Shown here one piece after another: positions 17,632 through 27,900 of a DNA stretch of 47,408 bases. Within the stretch, counting starts at the first letter, position 1. Each line of letters starts with the position of its first letter. Made by a program: the position numbers and the translations under genes. The notes beneath the pieces are model-generated. The model ran no database searches. It saw nothing but the letters and a program-made list of their open reading frames with translations, and was not told the origin of the DNA. Source of the DNA: Candidatus Pacearchaeota archaeon (GTDB taxonomy: Archaea; Nanobdellota; Nanobdellia; Pacearchaeales; GW2011-AR1); contig JAGVWU010000002.1 in assembly GCA_018304145.1 (NCBI GenBank), positions 1 to 47,408 on the forward strand, read 5' to 3'.

Positions 17632-18330
17632 TTATAGCTCTCTTAATTGAAGAATAGTTGAAAGAGTTGCAATTTTTTTAAGTTCTTGAGATACAGACAG
17701 AAGAATTTTTTTGTTATTAATTTTCTGTTTTTTAATAGGAATCCCTTTTTTAATTATTTTTTGGGTATAATCTCGAATAGAACTTTCGCTTAACCCCAGT
17801 ATAGAAGCTATCTGAGGATAAGTTGTATTTTGAGGATCTTTTTCCTCCAGCTGATATATCGTCGAGAAAACAGTCATTTCTTGAGAAGTTAATTGTTTAA
17901 ATTTAAATCTTATTTCTTTTTTTAAATGATCAAGAGACTGAAGTATTTCAGAAGCTTTTATAAGGTCATTTTCAACATTTAAAGAGGTATTTTGTGTCTG
18001 TTGGATTGTTTGTTGGTTTGTCTGTCTGTCTGTTGGAACCCCTTTACTTCCTGTGGAAGTGTTTAAAATTGGGTTTTTTAACCCCTTTACTTCCTGTGGA
18101 ACTGTTGGATTGTCTGTTGGATATCTGTCTATTGTTGGATTTATCTGTTGGATTGTTGAACTATCTATTGGGTAATTATTGCTTTTAAAATTAAGCAAAT
18201 AGGTATAAAGTTCTTTTATAGAATTATTAATCTCATTTATATCGAGTTTTATTTTTGATATTTCTGTTTCAAGAACAAATATATCCTGCTTAACCTTAGA
18301 GAAAGCTATGCGAATTTGATCATTTTCCAT
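17632..18330 (-). CDS. coiled-coil plus C-terminal winged-helix protein B (ATG 18330; ORF track uses TTG 18348)
   Basis: Coiled-coil N-terminus, P/T/Q linker, LTSQEMTVFSTIY..TYPQIASILGLSESSIRDYTQKII HTH. Confidence 0.82.
   Translation of the reverse strand: MENDQIRIAFSKVKQDIFVLETEISKIKLDINEINNSIKELYTYLLNFKSNNYPIDSSTIQQINPTIDRYPTDNPTVPQEVKGLKNPILNTSTGSKGVPTDRQTNQQTIQQTQNTSLNVENDLIKASEILQSLDHLKKEIRFKFKQLTSQEMTVFSTIYQLEEKDPQNTTYPQIASILGLSESSIRDYTQKIIKKGIPIKKQKINNKKILLSVSQELKKIATLSTILQLREL
18037..18101 (-). promoter_or_regulatory. two identical ORB-like boxes inside a CDS
   Basis: TTCCACAGGAAGTAAAGGGGTT at 18037-18058 and 18080-18101; 19/22 identical to the box at 32609-32630. Confidence 0.75.
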
Positions 18331-18484
18331 TTGAGAGTATATAAACAAATCTTAAAAGATTTATTCAAGAGATTATTAATGAATTGAATTCATTAATTAT
18401 TTCATTCCTTTTATCTAAGTGATAAATGTTAAAGATTTATCTCAATTATTCAAGAAAAATTATTATATAAAGATTTATATGAAA

Positions 18485-18751
18485 TCATTGTTTAGATTTA
18501 TAAATCTCATAAACTTTATTGGACAAACGCCATTTAAGCCTTCTAGAAAAAGGCTGACCTTTTGGATTAGTTTTGATAGGGATAATAATGTTTTTTTCCT
18601 TGAGTTCAAAAAGAATTTTCTTAATGAATTCTTCGTCCCTTGCAATTTCCTTTGCTATTTCAGCTGTAAAAGGCTGTTTTGGAAATATTTGAAAAAGAAA
18701 GGAAAGAATCTGCTCTGCAATCTTGTCTTTTTTATCTTGGCTGATTTTCAT
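18485..18751 (-). CDS. small winged-helix protein
   Basis: FTAEIAKEIARDEEFIKKILFELKEKNII..RRLKWRL. Confidence 0.75.
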   Translation of the reverse strand: MKISQDKKDKIAEQILSFLFQIFPKQPFTAEIAKEIARDEEFIKKILFELKEKNIIIPIKTNPKGQPFSRRLKWRLSNKVYEIYKSKQ

Positions 18752-18950
18752 TTTTGTATAGTATATAGATAAAAGATAGTATATAAATAAATCTTAGTGA
18801 TTTATTCAAGCGATAAATATTGATGATAAATCCTCAATTATTTTATTTCTTTTATCCAAGATATATTTGCTGAGAATTAAAATTCATCAGCAGTTTAATA
18901 TTTAATTTGAATCTAAATAAGTTTTTAAAGTTGTTGATATTACCTAATAA

Positions 18951-21011
18951 ATGAAAAGAGGCAGGATTAGAACCAGAGTAAAGGAAAAAAAATCCATTAA
19001 AAAAGAGTTTCTTTTAGGATTATTCATCTTTTTATTTCTTATAACTGTTATTGGACTTAAAATTTTGGAAAAACCTGGAAAGGCTCCTGAAAGGTTTAAA
19101 GAAACTGGTGAATTAGGAAGTTTTGGAATTTCAAGATTAGAGCCTTATGATATAAGTAATTTAAAAATAATCAGGTATAATTGCAGTGATGAGAATTTAA
19201 GAGATATCTGGCATTCAATATTTGATTATGGGTCTGATGATATGATCATTATTTCAGATAAAGACAGTAGTGAAAACTGCAATAATTCTTTAATGCATAA
19301 AATACTTCCAAACAATTTAACATATTTTATTTATTTAAGGTATAATGAAGGGAAAAGCAGCATTAGCAGTGAAAGTTATAATTATTTTGGAAATTTTACA
19401 GAGGATTTTTTGAATTTGTTGGATAGTGTTGACTCATCAAACCTCTCAACATTTTATAACCTTATAAATGACAAGGCGAATATAATCTATGTTAAATCAA
19501 AAATGCAGGGAGAAAAAAATATAATTGATGATACTTCTGCTAATAACGAGTATAATTCTATCTTTAAAATACCAAATCAAACCTGGAGTTTTGTTAGTGA
19601 TAATGCTAACATTAACGGATATGAATTAACAGGCCCAATTTTTTATTATTTAAACATTAGTTCTGATAATACAAAGATAAATAAGTTTTCTTCTATAAGT
19701 TCAAATCAGACTTTGGATTATTTATACTATAGAGAATATTTCATTAAAAATATAAGCATTGTCAAAACTGCAAATATTCCAGATATAATTCTCAGGGGCA
19801 GCAAAAGACATTATGAAGCCATAAAATTAGAGAATTATTTCATAAATTTACCCTTAACTGATGAAAATTTGACTTTTGATTATGCTATTTCAATACCAGG
19901 GGCATTTAATATTTTAAAAAACAATTATTTCAGCATTAATCATAGTTTAGATTTTAATGCAGATTCTTCTTTAGGGGGGAGTTACTCTGTTAATATAACT
20001 CTAATCTACTTTGACTCGATTGCAACCAGCAATAATTTTAATGTAAGTATCTATGGATGTTTAGATAGTGAGGGAGTTTATGATATTTTTATGGGGGGAT
20101 ATTCTCAAAATTTAACAAACTCTGTTGCAGATAAATGTGAAAATAACAGCAATACAACTATAATAGAGTATTATTGTGGGATAAATGGAGAAATATTAAG
20201 AAATTCTACTCTATGCCCTTCAGATTATGTTTGTTATGAAGGTGCATGTATTGAAAATGGAAGCATTAATCATGCTCCTGTTTTTCTTGCTGATTCTTGC
20301 GATGGAATTGTTACAACAAAGAATACTAATTTTAAAATTGATATGAAGGGTTGTTTTAGAGACTCTGATAATGATAGCTTAACTTTCAGGCATGAGGTTT
20401 TAGAAAATGGAAGCTGGGTTATTGTAAGAAATCTAACATCTATAACTCTTATCCCCAATCAAAATTGGGTTGGAAAGGGAAGATTTAATATATATGCAAA
20501 AGATTCATTTAAAGAAACAAAAGGTATTGTTAATTTTGAGGTTATTGCTACAGGAACTCTTTCAACACAAAATGAACCTCTAATTATTATACCTGAAGAA
20601 TCAGAGGAATTTAAAATTACTGACCCTTATCCACTTTCTGAAAATTTAACTATTTCTGCAAATCAAAGCCTGAGTTTTTCAATTGGGAATACAGAATATG
20701 ACAGTATTGAATGGTATTTAGATGGATTGTTTGTTAAATCAAACTCTAATTCGCTTGATATTGATAGTTTTAATTCTGGAACTCATACTGTAAATGTAGA
20801 AGTTAAAAAAGGAGAATCAGTTGTTTCAAGAACTTGGACATTAGTTGTAAGAACACCTGAAGAACAAAAAAAATACCTTATAGGCAGAATAATATTCTGG
20901 TTAATAATCATGATTTTAAGTGTTTTAATAATATTTATTGTGCTGTTAATAATAAAAGAGATAAAAAAATTAAAATTTCAAAAGTTAAAGCAGGGATTGT
21001 TCTTATTATAA
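18951..21011 (+). CDS. membrane-anchored surface glycoprotein with Ig/cadherin-like domains
   Basis: N- and C-terminal TM helices, many NxS/T sequons, NHAPVF..FRDSDNDSLTF, EWYLDG..GTHTVNVEV. Confidence 0.75.
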   Translation: MKRGRIRTRVKEKKSIKKEFLLGLFIFLFLITVIGLKILEKPGKAPERFKETGELGSFGISRLEPYDISNLKIIRYNCSDENLRDIWHSIFDYGSDDMIIISDKDSSENCNNSLMHKILPNNLTYFIYLRYNEGKSSISSESYNYFGNFTEDFLNLLDSVDSSNLSTFYNLINDKANIIYVKSKMQGEKNIIDDTSANNEYNSIFKIPNQTWSFVSDNANINGYELTGPIFYYLNISSDNTKINKFSSISSNQTLDYLYYREYFIKNISIVKTANIPDIILRGSKRHYEAIKLENYFINLPLTDENLTFDYAISIPGAFNILKNNYFSINHSLDFNADSSLGGSYSVNITLIYFDSIATSNNFNVSIYGCLDSEGVYDIFMGGYSQNLTNSVADKCENNSNTTIIEYYCGINGEILRNSTLCPSDYVCYEGACIENGSINHAPVFLADSCDGIVTTKNTNFKIDMKGCFRDSDNDSLTFRHEVLENGSWVIVRNLTSITLIPNQNWVGKGRFNIYAKDSFKETKGIVNFEVIATGTLSTQNEPLIIIPEESEEFKITDPYPLSENLTISANQSLSFSIGNTEYDSIEWYLDGLFVKSNSNSLDIDSFNSGTHTVNVEVKKGESVVSRTWTLVVRTPEEQKKYLIGRIIFWLIIMILSVLIIFIVLLIIKEIKKLKFQKLKQGLFLL

Positions 21012-21071
21012 AGTTTAAAGCGGTTTAGATAATTTTATAAAAGAAGCTTAAATGGCTTAATAGTTCTTTTT

Positions 21072-21143
21072 ATGTCTGGAATGTTTGTTGCATTCCAGAG
21101 CATCCTAAAAACCCGAATATTGATAAACTAAGAGGGGTTTTTA
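21072..21143 (+). promoter_or_regulatory. two-hairpin leader before lhr
   Basis: TCTGGAATG/CATTCCAGA (21075-21099) and TAAAAACCC/GGGTTTTTA (21106-21143). Confidence 0.45.
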
Positions 21144-23743
21144 TGACTATGAAAACTGTTACCTATGTTAAGGCTGAATTAAGAAAACCTGCGGAAATAA
21201 TTAGTATTTTGGACGAATTGGTAAAAGAATGGTTTTTTAATAAATTTAAAGAATTTTCAGACAGCCAGTTGTATGGAGTAATGCCTGTTTATGAAAGAAA
21301 AAATATATTGATAAGCGCCCCTACTGGAAGCGGAAAGACCCTGACTAGCTTTCTTTCAATATTAAGTTATTTGGTAAGTTTGGCTAGGAAAAAAGAGCTG
21401 GAAAACAAGGTTTATTGCATTTATAGTTCTCCATTGAAAGCATTAAACAATGATATTTATGTTAATTTAATTAATCCTTTAAAGGAAATTTATGAGTTAG
21501 CTGAAAAAAGAGGAACTGAATTGCAAAAAATAAGAGTAGGAATAAGAACAGGGGATACTGAAACAAGTGAAAAAACCAAGATGTTAAAAAATCCTCCACA
21601 TATATTAATTACAACCCCTGAAAGTTTGGCTATTGTCCTGACTTCAAAAAAATTGATAGAAAGTTTTTATGGTGTTGAATTCCTGATAGTAGATGAAATA
21701 CACTCTTTAGGAAATAAAAGAGGGGTTTATCAGAGCTTGAGCTTGGAAAGATTAGAGGAAATAAGCAAAATAAATCCTGTGAGAATAGGGCTTTCAGCTA
21801 CAATTGCTCCTTTGGAAGAAGTGGCTAATTTTTTGGTTGGAATGAACAGGCATTGTTTAATTGCAGAAATTGAAACAAAAAAGAAAATGGATATTGAAGT
21901 ATTAACAGGGGTTAAGGATTTAATTGAAGTTGATGGAAAAGAAATGTTTTCTTCTTTATATGAAAAAATAGATAAATTAGTGCAGGAACATAAAACAACA
22001 ATAATATTCACAAATACTAGAAGCTCTACGGAAAGAGTTGTTCATTATCTAAGAGAAAGATTTCCCAATAATTATAGTGAAAATATAGGGGCACATCACT
22101 CTTCTTTATCAAAAGAGCACAGGTTTGATATAGAAGACAGATTGAGAAAAGGAGAGTTAAAAGTCGTTGTAACATCTACTTCTTTAGAACTGGGCATTGA
22201 TATTGGTTATATTGACTTAGTCATATTACTTGGAAGTCCAAAAAGTGCAGCAAGAGCCTTGCAAAGAATAGGAAGAGCTGGACACAAGCTTCATGATGTT
22301 GCAAAAGGGAGATTTTTAGTTTTAGACAGAGATGATTTAGTTGAATGCTCTGTATTAAATAAAGAATGCAAAGAAAGAAAAATTGATAAAATGCATATTC
22401 CTAAAAATTGTTTGGATGTTTTATCGCAGCAGATATTTGGAATGGCTATTCAAAAAATATGGGGTTTGGAAGAGCTGTTTAATGTGATAAAGAGAAGCTA
22501 TTGTTATTCAGATTTATCAAGGGAAGATTTCATGAGTGTTATAAGTTATTTGGCAGGAGAATATGCCCTTGAACATAGAAACGTTTATGCAAAAATATGG
22601 TATGATGAAAAAACAAAACAAATTGGGAAAAAAGGAAAATTAGCAAGAGTTATTTACATGACTAATATTGGGACTATTCCAGAAGAGAGTTTTATTACAG
22701 TTGTTGCTCAAAAAGATGGGAATGAACAAAAAATAGGGGTTATTGATGAAGGTTTTTTGGAAAAAATGAAATATGGAGATGTTTTTGTTTTAGGAGGAAA
22801 AAAATATAAATATATTCATACCAGAGGAATGAAAGTTTATGTTAAAAGTGAGATTAAGAAAAATCCAACGATTCCTTCCTGGTTTTCTGAAATGCTGCCA
22901 TTAAGCTTTGATTCTGCATTGGAAATAAATAGGATGAGGAGACTTTTAAATGAAAAATTTGAGAAAAAACAATCTCCAGACAAAATCAAGGAGTTCCTAA
23001 GAGAGCATTGCTATGTTAATAAAAATGTATCTGAAGAGATTTATACTTATTTTTACGAACAATTCAGATATTCAAAGATTCCTCATGAACATAGATTAAT
23101 AATTGAAACTTATAAAGGAGAGAAAAATTATATTGTTTTTCATTCGTTGTATGGAAGAAGGATAAATGATGCCCTGTCAAGGGCAATTGGATATTTAATT
23201 GGTCAAAAGGTTGGGAGAGATATTGAAATAGGAATAAGTGATAATGGATTTTATTTTGCTGGAGAAAAACTGCCTATTGATGAGGCATTAAAATTAATGA
23301 AAACTGAAAATCTAAGAGAAATTTTAGAAGAAGCTATTGCTAAAACAGAAATTTTAAAAAGAAGATTCAGGCATTGTGCTGCTCGTTCATTGATGATTTT
23401 AAGAAATTACAAGGGAAGGACAAAAAGTGTTGGAAAACAGCAAATGAAGTCATTTTTCCTTCTTTCTGCTATAAATAAAATAAGCAAAGATTTTCCAATT
23501 TTAAAAGAAGCCAGGAGAGAAGTTCTTGAAGATTTAATGGATATTAAAAATGCTGAAATGGTATTAAAATGGATTAATGAAGGAAGGGTCAAAATAGAAA
23601 AAACTGAAAGTAATCTGCCAAGTCCTTTTGCAATGAATCTTGTGCTGCAGGGATATAGTGATTTATTAAAAATGGAAGACCGAATAGAATTCATGAAGAG
23701 AATACATAAAGAGATTGTGAAGGAGATTGGAGAGAAAGATTAA
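21143..23743 (+). CDS. lhr: Lhr-core ATP-dependent helicase
   Basis: APTGSGKT, SPLKALNND, RTGDT, TTPESL, DEIH, SAT, HHSSLS, LELGIDIG, QRIGRAGH. Confidence 0.93.
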   Translation: MTMKTVTYVKAELRKPAEIISILDELVKEWFFNKFKEFSDSQLYGVMPVYERKNILISAPTGSGKTLTSFLSILSYLVSLARKKELENKVYCIYSSPLKALNNDIYVNLINPLKEIYELAEKRGTELQKIRVGIRTGDTETSEKTKMLKNPPHILITTPESLAIVLTSKKLIESFYGVEFLIVDEIHSLGNKRGVYQSLSLERLEEISKINPVRIGLSATIAPLEEVANFLVGMNRHCLIAEIETKKKMDIEVLTGVKDLIEVDGKEMFSSLYEKIDKLVQEHKTTIIFTNTRSSTERVVHYLRERFPNNYSENIGAHHSSLSKEHRFDIEDRLRKGELKVVVTSTSLELGIDIGYIDLVILLGSPKSAARALQRIGRAGHKLHDVAKGRFLVLDRDDLVECSVLNKECKERKIDKMHIPKNCLDVLSQQIFGMAIQKIWGLEELFNVIKRSYCYSDLSREDFMSVISYLAGEYALEHRNVYAKIWYDEKTKQIGKKGKLARVIYMTNIGTIPEESFITVVAQKDGNEQKIGVIDEGFLEKMKYGDVFVLGGKKYKYIHTRGMKVYVKSEIKKNPTIPSWFSEMLPLSFDSALEINRMRRLLNEKFEKKQSPDKIKEFLREHCYVNKNVSEEIYTYFYEQFRYSKIPHEHRLIIETYKGEKNYIVFHSLYGRRINDALSRAIGYLIGQKVGRDIEIGISDNGFYFAGEKLPIDEALKLMKTENLREILEEAIAKTEILKRRFRHCAARSLMILRNYKGRTKSVGKQQMKSFFLLSAINKISKDFPILKEARREVLEDLMDIKNAEMVLKWINEGRVKIEKTESNLPSPFAMNLVLQGYSDLLKMEDRIEFMKRIHKEIVKEIGEKD

Positions 23744-24282
23744 ACTCTTGTTTGCCCTGGAAGAGTTATATGTAGATGAAGAGGATGATAGAGAGGAATA
23801 TTTTTTCCTCTAAGAGTTAGAGATTTAGGTGTATAAGAATAAATTGACAAGGATCTTCCACTAACATCCTGCAGTTCTAGTTCCATTTGATACTCTCCTG
23901 ATTCAAAGGCATCTGCTATATCAAACATTTTTTTACAACCTGCTAAAACTCTTTCTCGTTGTTTAGGTGATGAAAAACTTTCTATTCTTCTCCAAAGGGT
24001 TCCTTCAACTTCCTGATGAATATATCTGCCTTCTACTAATCTAAATAAAAGGTAAAGAGGTGTAGGGACCATAGAGGGAGATAATAACATTAATTCTCCT
24101 TCAAGACCAGTTATCTGAGGATTTAAAATATCAAACCAAAAACCACCTAACTCTAAATTTAAATGTCTTTCTTCATAAGCTGTTCCTATAATATCTCTCA
24201 TAAAATAATCTGTTAAAGCCTCTGGTGTTTGCATATCTTGTGGTTTTAAACTATGAAAGGCTGGTGAAACTCTCATTGTCAT
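23740..24282 (-). CDS. hypothetical protein
   Basis: 180-aa ORF; TTTATAAA upstream. Confidence 0.7.
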   Translation of the reverse strand: MTMRVSPAFHSLKPQDMQTPEALTDYFMRDIIGTAYEERHLNLELGGFWFDILNPQITGLEGELMLLSPSMVPTPLYLLFRLVEGRYIHQEVEGTLWRRIESFSSPKQRERVLAGCKKMFDIADAFESGEYQMELELQDVSGRSLSIYSYTPKSLTLRGKNIPLYHPLHLHITLPGQTRV

Positions 24283-24414
24283 TTTAGAAATATGATTATT
24301 GATTTTATAAAGATTTATTTTATTAAAAACATATATCTAAAATTGTGCAAGAGAACATCAATAATTTATATAGGAATAAAGAAGGGTGAAGAGAGATAAC
24401 TTTCTGTCAAATAC

Positions 24415-24490
24415 CTGTTTAAACAGTTGTTTGTCTGTTTGTTGGAAAACAGCAGACAGACAAACAGACAGTAAACAGACTGACAAACAA
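24415..24490. repeat. intergenic motif cluster (CTGTTTAAACAG plus CAGA/CAAA tracts)
   Basis: Perfect palindrome 24415-24426, then TGTTTGTCTGTTTGTTGG and CAGCAGACAGACAAACAGACAG. Confidence 0.75.
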
Positions 24491-24552
24491 ATATACGATA
24501 AGAATATAAAATAAATATAAATCTTTTTAAATGATTCTTAATTATATTTAAT

Positions 24553-24909
24553 ATGATTGATTATAAAATAAAGGAAAGTTATAGAAACACAGGTTTAAGA
24601 TGTTTTAAAGTTAGTTTTTTTGATTTCTTGGAAAATTTGGGAGAAAGATTTGAAGATAGGGGGCAAGAAGACAGAAGAGGCATAGTTTCTTGGGGATATT
24701 ATAATGATGATACAAGATTAAGGATTTTTCATTCTCGAAAAGTCCTTCATGGAGTTCATTTTTTATATGAAGGGAATAATCCTGAAATAGATTTAAAAGA
24801 ATTAAGAGGTTATCTTGAGGAAATTGGTTTGAAAAAAACCAAAGTAATAACCGAAAAATTGGAAAAAGAAGTTGAAATTCATTTTCAAGAAATAGAAACA
24901 ATTCCTTAA
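24553..24909 (+). CDS. hypothetical protein
   Basis: 118-aa ORF; TTTTTAAA upstream. Confidence 0.65.
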   Translation: MIDYKIKESYRNTGLRCFKVSFFDFLENLGERFEDRGQEDRRGIVSWGYYNDDTRLRIFHSRKVLHGVHFLYEGNNPEIDLKELRGYLEEIGLKKTKVITEKLEKEVEIHFQEIETIP

Positions 24910-27900
24910 AACCACTTTTCAATAGACTCCTGCTTCTCAGTTTCTTTGCCAAAAATGCTTTCAATGTATCTTTTTGTTAACTCCAAATCCTGCTTAATAT
25001 ACGGAGGAACATTGAAATTTTTTGTCAAATCCAGAGCAGGTTCCAAATATTTGATTATGCTTCCATAGGAGATTGTAAAAATCAATTTAGGATTTCCACA
25101 ATTAGTGCATTTTCCATTTAAAGGAGGTCTTCGAAAAATTTCATTGCATTTTCCGCATCTAAAATTCTGCTGAGTAAATTTTCTCAGATTACCTTTCAAA
25201 TCTTTCATAAAATGCCTCTCTATTATTAATCTTGCAACATCTGACTGGTCAACGCTTCTTAATTTTGTGCATAATAACATTTGAGAAAAAACTTTTTCTT
25301 TCATTGTTGGAAGAGTTTTATAAGAAGAGCAGGTTGCTCCTTGATTAAAATTATCAGTATCATGTGTAAAGCCTGTATTAATATAAGGATCTTCCCCTCT
25401 TCCTATTCTTTGTTTGACCATCTCAATCTTGATTTCACTTGAATGAAATTTTTGCTCTGCCTTTTCATATAAATCCAGAGGATAATTATTCACTAATTCA
25501 AAATCAAGAATCTGGTCATCGACTTCCCTTGCATAAATCTTTCCGTTTAAAACCAAAGGAGCATCTTGAGTTCCCCCCCTATGAGAAGGAAGAAAAGCCC
25601 GTGAAAAATTTATTAAAACATCCAGTAAAAGCATCATTGCTGCTTCATCTCCATCACAGTCGCGGCGCATTGCAGCATGCATATAAGGGCTTGCTAATAA
25701 TCCTTGAACTTTAGAAAAACCAATTATTCTGCAAATGACTCCTGCACAATTATGGGGCGCCATGCAAACACCTAATTGCCCTACTAAATCCTCTCTTTTT
25801 TTAATGTTATAAAAAGATGGGAGATTATAGAGTTTGATTAAAAGCTCATCTAAAAATTTTGCAACATTAATAAAAACATTATCTGCTTTTTCATCTCCGC
25901 ATTCAGAATTACAGGGTATTATAATATCATGAGGCTTTAATTCCAAAATTTGTTCATCATTTATTAATTCTTCCCTTAGACAATCTTGGGTATAACCAAG
26001 TTCTCTTAATTTTTCAACAGAAACTTCGATTTCTTTTGGTTTAAAATGAGAAATAGGAAGCTCTGTCATGTCATATCTTATTGTCCCGTCTTTATTAACA
26101 CAAAGATGATATTTGGCTCTTAAAATTCCTTTAATTAAATCTTCTATATTATGGTTTTCAGAACTAGTGCCCCTAATGCCCTTAATTAATTCCGGGATAT
26201 CTGTTTTGAGATAATTTAATTTTTGTCTTGATTTATCTAAATAATGTTTAATGTCTATTTTTGTATTTTTAAATTTGTTTTGTTTTTGATGAATCTGACA
26301 GATTCCATCCATTTCTCTTTTGCAGAGATTGCAAAAATGTTTTTCGCTTGTTCTTTGACTGCAGATTTCACAAACCCTGTAGATAGTTTCTTTTTTGCAA
26401 CTATCACAGTAATAAAATGGAAAATCTCCATGAACATAGCCTATTTCCAAGGCAGCATTAACGCTCCTTAATTTTCCTCCTTCTTTTCCAACTGGAAAAA
26501 GAACGTTTGGACTGCCGGTTAATTTTCTTAATTTGGCTTTTTCAGGCCTACCCATTCTGGAACCGATAAACTCTCCTGCCTTGTCTTTTATTTTAAATTT
26601 AGAAAGTTTGTTTATAACTTCCAAAGCCTGAGTTTCTGACTTAAAGTCAAAATCAAGATTTAATTCACAGGAATATTTATCAAATCCAAGATTAATTAGA
26701 AGTGCTTTGGTATCAATTTCATTTAAAATAACATTTTCTATATGAATTTCATGAGGAATACCTAAAAGCTCCAAAGCTCTTTTTCCTAATTGAAATCTTT
26801 GTTTTTCAGAAGAATTAAATGGAAAGAGGAGTTTTTCATCACTGATTCTTGAATGATTGAACCAGTCCGCAAACCCTAAAAACTCTTCATAATTTATCTG
26901 GGTCCAATAAAAAATATAAGAAGGGTGCAGGGGAATGGAATATTTTTGAGATAGTTCTATTGATTCTTCCAGAGTCACATTATAATAATCTTTAATTTTT
27001 CCTCCTGCTTTTTCCAACTCCAGATTCCACCATTCTTCAACATAACCTGGCTTGATTAAAACAGAGTTTCGGTTCATTACATCTCCCAAAGGAAATAAAA
27101 TATCTCCCAGATAAATAATTTCTTTTATATCTTTGTAAAGTTTTTTTGCTTCTTCATAAGAACTAAGTTTTTTAACAGAATCGTTTTCAAGTTTAACAAT
27201 AGGGCCATCAATTAAATCACAAGGAGTAATGCAACATCCTTTTGTTGGTTTTTCTATTTTTAACTGAGTTCCTGTTGCAATAAAATTGTCTGTAATTGCC
27301 ATTGTTGCTGGATGAATAGATGCTGCTGAGAATCCTGCAACTCTGCTTCTTCCATATCTAAAACGAAAACCTTTTCCAGGATGTCCAAAAACAGGACGTC
27401 CTGCAACTAAATCTTTTATATAAGTTGGACTTGAATCTGTTTTTCCAGTGTCTCTTTTTTCATGCAATTCAACATATTCCTCAAGCCATTCCCAGTCTTT
27501 GATTTGAAATCCATTTTTTTGAGCTCCTTTTAATAATCTTAAAATTTTCTTTGCTTTTTGAGCCAAGCCTTCCCCTATAATAAGGCAAAAACCCCCTCTA
27601 ATAAAATCAGTCTCAATTCTTGAAAGATTCTTAAAATTAGAAACTTCTCTTTTTTCAGTAGGCTCTCCTGTAATCTGAATTGGCATATTTTTTCCAATAA
27701 AAAAAGCTTCTTGTTCTGTTGGAAGGTATTGAAGATTGTTTATTCTTTCATGATAATCATAAAGTTCTGTCACTGTTCTTTTGGCTTCTTGTTCTGTTGG
27801 GTCATATCGTGCAAAACCAAATAATTGCCTGATATAATCTATAATTAAAACTCCGATTCCCGCGGCAGTTGTCCCTGCACTTCTTATTGGCCCTGAAAAA

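Noticed and set aside
17994-18772. Plus-strand ORFs 17994-18188 and 18419-18772
   Set aside because: Antisense to the wHTH genes; low-complexity products
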